From contig JAYKHR010000019.1 of the NCBI GenBank assembly GCA_035285125.1, positions 1-41,002 of the forward strand: DNA of 41,002 nt, in the 5' to 3' direction. Shown here piece by piece: positions 36,036 to 41,002 of the stretch (position 1 is the stretch's first letter; every line of letters begins with the position of its first letter). Source of the stretch: Candidatus Sericytochromatia bacterium (GTDB lineage: Bacteria; Cyanobacteriota; Sericytochromatia; S15B-MN24; JAQBPE01). A model generated the notes under the pieces. The model was not told the origin of the DNA. It searched no databases and saw only the letters and a program-made list of their open reading frames with translations. A program made the position numbers and the translations under genes.

Positions 36036-37369
36036 GCGCCGAGGTCCTCCACGCGGATCACCGAGCCGATGGCCCGGATGGTCGGATGGGCGCCAAGCTC
36101 GGCCAGCGCCAGGCGCATCGCCCGCTCCTGGACGCGGTGGCTGACGAGCACGATCTCGGCACAGCCGTCGCGCTCGCCTTTCTGCACCATCGAGCGAATC
36201 GAGATGCCGTGGCGCCCGCAGGCCTGGCCGATGGTGCCGATCACGCCAGGCTCGTCGGCGGCCAGCAGTCGGACGTAGAAGCGGGTCTCCAGCTCGTCGA
36301 TCGGGGTGATGGGGGCCAGGCCGTCATGCTGGCACGTGAGCAGGCGATGGGGCAGCTCCGGCTGCGCTGCGATGGCCAGAACGTCGCCCAGGATCGCGCT
36401 GGCCGTGGGCATCATGCCGGCGCCGGGCCCCGAGAACATCACCTCGCCCACGGCGTCCCCCGAGACGGCCACCGCGTTCATCACGCCGTCGATGGGGGCG
36501 AGCGGGTGGCTGGCGGGGATCATGGCCGGGTGCACGCGCACCTGCAGCTGGTCGCCGGTTGGCCCCGCCTCGCGGCGGGCGACGCCGAGGAGCTTCACGA
36601 CGTAGCCCAGCTCGCGCGCGTAGGCGATGTCGGCCGCCGTGAGCGCCGTGATGCCCTCGCGGTGGACCTCGTCGATGGCCACCCGGTGGTCGAAGATGGC
36701 CGAGGCGAGGATGGCGATCTTGTAGGCCGCGTCGTGCGCCTCCACGTCGCTGGTGGGGTCGGCCTCCGCGTAGCCGAGGCGCTGGGCCTCGGCGAGGGCA
36801 TCTGCCAGGCTCTGCCCGTGGGCCGCCATCGCCGTCAGGATGTAGTTGGTGGTGCCGTTGATGATGCCCGCGACCTGGCGGACGCGGTTGGCGGCGAGGC
36901 TGCTCTTGATCGCAGCCACGATGGGGATGCCGCCCGCCACCGTGGCCTCCACCTGCACGGCCACGCCAGCTGCCCGGGCGGCGGGGAAGATCACGTGGCC
37001 ATGCCGCGCGATGACCTCCTTGTTGGCCGTCACGACGTGTTTGCGCGCGGCGATCGCCCGCATGATCAGCGCCAGCGCAGGCTCGGTGCCCCCCATAGCC
37101 TCCACGACGAGGTGGACGCGCGGGTCGTCCACCACGGCCTCGAGGTCCGTCGTGAACAGGTCGGAGGGCAGGCCACGGTCCTTGCCGGCGTCCCGGACCC
37201 CGACCTTGACCAGGGCCACGGGGCGGCCGGCGCGGTGCGCATAAGCCGCCTCACGCGACAGCAGCAGCCGGGCCACGCCGGTGCCGACCGTGCCGCACCC
37301 GAGCAGGCCCACGCCGATGGTGGCGGGGGTGCTGGGCGGGGCGGAGGCCGCTGGGCTGGGCTGGGGCAT
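36032..37369 (-). CDS. hom: Homoserine dehydrogenase with C-terminal ACT domain
   Basis: [48 protein letters not shown] before ATG 37369. Confidence 0.96.
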   Translation of the reverse strand: MPQPSPAASAPPSTPATIGVGLLGCGTVGTGVARLLLSREAAYAHRAGRPVALVKVGVRDAGKDRGLPSDLFTTDLEAVVDDPRVHLVVEAMGGTEPALALIMRAIAARKHVVTANKEVIARHGHVIFPAARAAGVAVQVEATVAGGIPIVAAIKSSLAANRVRQVAGIINGTTNYILTAMAAHGQSLADALAEAQRLGYAEADPTSDVEAHDAAYKIAILASAIFDHRVAIDEVHREGITALTAADIAYARELGYVVKLLGVARREAGPTGDQLQVRVHPAMIPASHPLAPIDGVMNAVAVSGDAVGEVMFSGPGAGMMPTASAILGDVLAIAAQPELPHRLLTCQHDGLAPITPIDELETRFYVRLLAADEPGVIGTIGQACGRHGISIRSMVQKGERDGCAEIVLVSHRVQERAMRLALAELGAHPTIRAIGSVIRVEDLGA

Positions 37370-37432
37370 CGGGGACTCCTTTCGACCGGAGGCCCCATTG
37401 TAGCGCACCCCTGCCGGACCCTGCCGCGGCGC

Positions 37433-39772
37433 TCAGCGCAGCACCACCACCGTGACGCCGTCGCCCCCCTCCATCGGCCCGCCGGGGCGGAATGAGGCCA
37501 CGCCCGGGTGCTCCTTCAGCCAGGCGCGCAGGCCGTTGCGCAAGGCCCCCGTGCCGGCGCCGTGGATGAGCGTGACCTCCTTGAGGTGGCCGCGGAGGGC
37601 CTGGTCGAGGTAGCGGTCGGCCTCCGGCACGGCCTCGTGCTGCATCAGGCCCCGCAGGTCGCACGACAGGCCGGGCGACACGTCCGGGATGACGATCGTG
37701 CCGCTGCTGCGGGGCGCGGGGGCAGGCTCCGCCACCAGGTCCGCGCCCGAGTGGGCTGCCAGGTCCCGGCGGTTGACGGTGACGGTCAGGATGCCGACCT
37801 GCACGCGGAGGTTGCCGTCGGCGTCCGGCAGCGTGAGCACCTTGCCGCTCTGGCCGAGCTTCGGCACGTGCACGCTCTTGCCGATGGCGAGCTGCTCCTG
37901 CTTGCGCGGTGGGGGCGTCGGCGCGGGCTTCTTCTTCTGGAACTTCTCCAGCCGCTCGCTGGCGCGCTGGGCCGCCTGGGCCGTCTTGACGCCCTGCAAC
38001 TCGCGGATGATGGCCGCGATCTCCCCCTTCGCCGAGCGCAGCTGCTGCTCGACCTTGTCCTTGGCCTTGGCCTCCAGGTCGCGCCGCTCGGCCTGCCAGC
38101 CGGCCAGCCGGGCCTCGTAGTCGTGCTTGAGGGCGTCCGCGCGGTCCCGCGCCTTCTGCGCCCGGGCGAGCAGCTCTGCGGCCTGGTGGCGATCGCGCGT
38201 GGCCTCGTCCATGACCTCGGCCGTCTCGGTGGTGCGGTGGGCCGTGATTTCCCGGGCCCGAGCAATCAGGCCGGCGTCCAGGCCAAGGCGCTCGGCGATG
38301 GCGACGGCGTTCGACTGGCCCGAGACGCCCATCAGCAGGCGGTAGGTGGGAGACAGCGTCTCGAGGTCGAACTCCACGGCGGCGTTGCGGATGCCGTCGA
38401 TCTGGTACTGCAGCAGCTTGAGCTCTCCGTAGTGCGTCGTCGCCACGAGGCGCGTGCCGCGGCGGAGCAGCTCCTCGACGATCGCGCGGCCCAGCGCCGC
38501 CCCCTCGGCCGGGTCCGTGCCGGCGCCGAGCTCGTCGAGCAGCACCAGCGAGCGGCCATCGGCCTCGGCGAGGATGCGGATGATGTTGGTCATGTGGCCA
38601 GAGAAGGTCGACAAGCTCTGCGACAGGCTCTGCTCGTCGCCGATGTCGGCAAAGACGCCCGTCACGAGCCCCACCTCCGAGCCCCGGTCCACGGGCGGGT
38701 GCAGGCCGGCCTGCGTCATCAACACGCACAGCCCGAGCGTCTTGAGCGCCACGGTCTTGCCGCCGGTGTTGGGGCCAGTGATGAGCAGCACCGTGTGGCC
38801 GTCGCCGACCGAGACGTCGATGGGCACGACGGCGGCGCCGAGCCGCTCGATGAGCAGCGGGTGGCGGGCCCGCGCCAGGCGCGTCACGCCCTTGCGGTTC
38901 AGGCGGGGCGCCGAGCCACCGAGGCGCTCCGCCAGGCGGGCGCAGGCCTGCACGAAGTCGAGGTCCCCGAGGGCCTCGGCCGTCCAGGTCAGCGGCTCGA
39001 TGTGGGCCTCGACCTGGGCCGTCAAGGCTGCCAGGATGCGCTGCTCCTCGCGTTGCTCCTCGAGCTGGCGCTGCCGCAGCGCGTTGTTGAGCTCCACGAC
39101 GGCCAGCGGCTCCACGTACAGCGTCTGGCCAGTGGCCGACTGGTCGTGGACCAGGCCCGGCACCGAGGCCTTGGCGTCGGCCCGGACCGGCAGCACGAAG
39201 CGATCGCCGCGCATCGTGACGATCGGGTCCTGCAGCGCGGCCGGGTGGTTGGTGATGATGCGCAGCAGCGCCTGCCGCACGCGCTGCTGCGCGTCCCGGA
39301 TCTGGTGTCGGAGGCGGGCCAGCTCCGGGCTGGCGGCATCCGCGAGGGCCCCGGAGGCGTCGAAGCTGCTCACGATGGCGTGCGCGAGCTCGGGGAGCCC
39401 CGCGATGGGGGCGGCGAGCTCGGCCAGCGCCGCGAACTCGTCGGCCTTCTCGCCGAGCCAGGCCTTGAGCTTGCGCCCGGCCTGCAGCGTGCGGCCGATG
39501 CCCAGCAGCTCCTCGCCGGCCAGGACCAGCCCCTGGCGGGTGCGGCGCAGCGCGGGCCGCACATCGACGATGCCGCCCTGGGGCAGCTCGCCCGCGACGC
39601 CTCGCAGCTCCCGGCACTCGGTGGTCAGCCGCAGGGCATGCGCCACCTCGTCCAGGGCCGTCCGCGGGGCGATCGCCTGGCAGCGGTCGCGCCCCATCGC
39701 GTGGCTGGCCTCTCGTGCGAGCAGGGCCACCACGGCCGGCCACTCCAGCACGTCGAGGGTCTTGGGGTCCAT
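37433..39772 (-). CDS. mutS2: MutS2 (ATPase, coiled coil, KOW, Smr)
   Basis: TLDVLEW, SATGQTLYVEP, ITGPNTGGKT, DIGDEQS, LSTFSGH, DELGAGTDP, TTHY, DLRG...IHGAGTGALR...GGDGVTVV. Confidence 0.96.
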   Translation of the reverse strand: MDPKTLDVLEWPAVVALLAREASHAMGRDRCQAIAPRTALDEVAHALRLTTECRELRGVAGELPQGGIVDVRPALRRTRQGLVLAGEELLGIGRTLQAGRKLKAWLGEKADEFAALAELAAPIAGLPELAHAIVSSFDASGALADAASPELARLRHQIRDAQQRVRQALLRIITNHPAALQDPIVTMRGDRFVLPVRADAKASVPGLVHDQSATGQTLYVEPLAVVELNNALRQRQLEEQREEQRILAALTAQVEAHIEPLTWTAEALGDLDFVQACARLAERLGGSAPRLNRKGVTRLARARHPLLIERLGAAVVPIDVSVGDGHTVLLITGPNTGGKTVALKTLGLCVLMTQAGLHPPVDRGSEVGLVTGVFADIGDEQSLSQSLSTFSGHMTNIIRILAEADGRSLVLLDELGAGTDPAEGAALGRAIVEELLRRGTRLVATTHYGELKLLQYQIDGIRNAAVEFDLETLSPTYRLLMGVSGQSNAVAIAERLGLDAGLIARAREITAHRTTETAEVMDEATRDRHQAAELLARAQKARDRADALKHDYEARLAGWQAERRDLEAKAKDKVEQQLRSAKGEIAAIIRELQGVKTAQAAQRASERLEKFQKKKPAPTPPPRKQEQLAIGKSVHVPKLGQSGKVLTLPDADGNLRVQVGILTVTVNRRDLAAHSGADLVAEPAPAPRSSGTIVIPDVSPGLSCDLRGLMQHEAVPEADRYLDQALRGHLKEVTLIHGAGTGALRNGLRAWLKEHPGVASFRPGGPMEGGDGVTVVVLR

Positions 39773-40016
39773 GGCTCCATTGTAGCGCGTCGAGACCGGC
39801 GCCGGAGGCCGCCGTGGCAAGGGCCGCGCCAGCCCCGTGGCACGGCCTGTCCCGGCCGTCGGCGCCTCGCGTGGGCGGGCCTGGGCCGCGGGTTGCTGCC
39901 GGGGCCTGGGGTTTCGTACAATGGGGCTCGGGGCCTGCCTGTGCCCGGGACGTGGGCGGGCAGGGGCGCGCTCAGGCGTGCCCTGGGGGGACGCAGCCCG
40001 CACGCCGGAGGGGACC

Positions 40017-40703
40017 GTGCGCATCGGCATCCTGACCGACATCCACGGGGACTGGGACACCATGGTGCGGGTGGTGGACCATCTGGAGGTGCTGCGGATC
40101 GACCGGCTGATCTGCCTGGGCGATCTCGTGGTCCATGGGCCGGCCCCCAACCGCGTCGTGGACTGGTTCCGCGCGCGGCCCGAGGTCGTCGTCGTGAAGG
40201 GCAACCACGACATCGGCGCGACGATTGCGGAGGCGCACCTCGAGGACCTCCACTTCTTCAGCTCGGACTCGCGGGCCAACACGCACGCGGCCCGGCGCGC
40301 CCTGTCCGACGAGAACAAGGCCTACCTCGCGGCGCTGCCGCTCGAGGTGCATGAGGGCGAGGTCACGTTCACGCACGCCGCGCGGGGCAACCCCTTCGCC
40401 CTGCTCCGGCGGCCCGAGACCATCGCCCGGGGCTTCGAGACCCTGCCCGGTTCCATCCTCATCGCCGGCCACACCCACCGGACCCGCGTGCACCACTGGC
40501 CGGCGGACAAGCCGCTCTGGTGCACGGACCACCCCGTCGAGACGGGCGCGTGGGTCCACGAGTTGCGCCCTGGCGATCGCTACATCATCAACGTCGGCTG
40601 CACGGCGCAGCTGAAGTACGACCCCCACCCGCCGGTGTGTGCGGTGTTCGAGCCGCACAACAGGCGGCTGGAGTTCCACGAGCTGACCGACCTGCGCGGC
40701 TGA
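40017..40703 (+). CDS. Calcineurin-like metallophosphoesterase
   Basis: GGAGG before GTG 40017; DIHG, LGDLV, GNHD, FTHA, GHTH, INVG. Confidence 0.9.
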   Translation: MRIGILTDIHGDWDTMVRVVDHLEVLRIDRLICLGDLVVHGPAPNRVVDWFRARPEVVVVKGNHDIGATIAEAHLEDLHFFSSDSRANTHAARRALSDENKAYLAALPLEVHEGEVTFTHAARGNPFALLRRPETIARGFETLPGSILIAGHTHRTRVHHWPADKPLWCTDHPVETGAWVHELRPGDRYIINVGCTAQLKYDPHPPVCAVFEPHNRRLEFHELTDLRG

Positions 40704-40754
40704 TCACGCGGGCTGGCCTGCTGCGTGAGGCCCGACGGCCGGCCGGGTGGGGGG

Positions 40755-41002
40755 TCAGGGCAGCGTGCTGACGCCGCCACCATCAGCTGGTGCCGTGACG
40801 GTGATGGACTCCCGCCAGCCTGCCCCAAGCCCGTCCTCGACGTAGACCTGCAGCGGGCAGCTGGCCGGCACGTCGAGCGTCACGCCGGCAGCCGTGAGGG
40901 AGGCCGACGCAAAGATGTCGGCCTCCGGGCGCCCGGTGGTGGCCCCGCTGTAGGCCACGCCCACGCGCGCGACGTCTCTCACCCCGATGGGGCGCACCGG
41001 CC
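40755..41002 (-). CDS. 3' end of a hypothetical protein (partial)
   Basis: Open frame from the window edge to TGA at 40755; beta-rich text ...GVTLDVPASCPLQVYVEDG...; convergent with the phosphoesterase. Confidence 0.45.
   Translation of the reverse strand, partial: PVRPIGVRDVARVGVAYSGATTGRPEADIFASASLTAAGVTLDVPASCPLQVYVEDGLGAGWRESITVTAPADGGGVSTLP

Noticed and set aside
18993..40354. Long alternative-frame ORFs over mutL, the ATPase, uvrC and mutS2 (e.g. 18993-21899, 26610-28811, 37508-40354)
   Set aside because: They overlap well-supported genes and have no domain signatures.

Overview
Very GC-rich bacterial DNA from a diderm (lipoboxes, AMIN domains, C-terminal-aromatic beta-barrels). The gene mix and a cyanobacteria-like UvrC motif suggest a non-photosynthetic relative of Cyanobacteria such as Ca. 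Sericytochromatia; this is inference only. Left part (1-18.9 kb) is an envelope block: a tandem array of at least five paralogous Ig-like/carboxypeptidase-regulatory-domain proteins (lipobox visible in the four complete ones) sharing PEI, FSEP, WxxTH and DPAGN motifs; a beta-propeller lipoprotein; a duplicated [TPR protein + O-antigen-ligase/O-oligosaccharyltransferase-like] cassette; a short-variable-arm tRNA-Leu(UAA); two AMIN-Pro-rich-beta-barrel paralogs; a pair of Cys-x8-Cys lipoproteins; and nth. Right part is mostly housekeeping: mutL, a P-type ATPase, a selenocysteine-containing selD (in-frame UGA plus bSECIS-like hairpin, truncated in the ORF track), an FlK-like thioesterase, a Zn-finger membrane protein, DUF327, a 35-aa micro-lipoprotein, uvrC, an M23 peptidase, an S41 protease, a FecR-domain protein, DUF881, ruvC-ruvA, hom-thrC, mutS2 and a metallophosphoesterase. 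The best candidate for an undescribed system is the lipoprotein array plus twin TPR/glycan-ligase cassettes, a putative O-glycosylated lipoprotein surface layer or filament. No integrase, transposase or CRISPR array was seen. All family assignments are by-eye motif recognition, not database searches.
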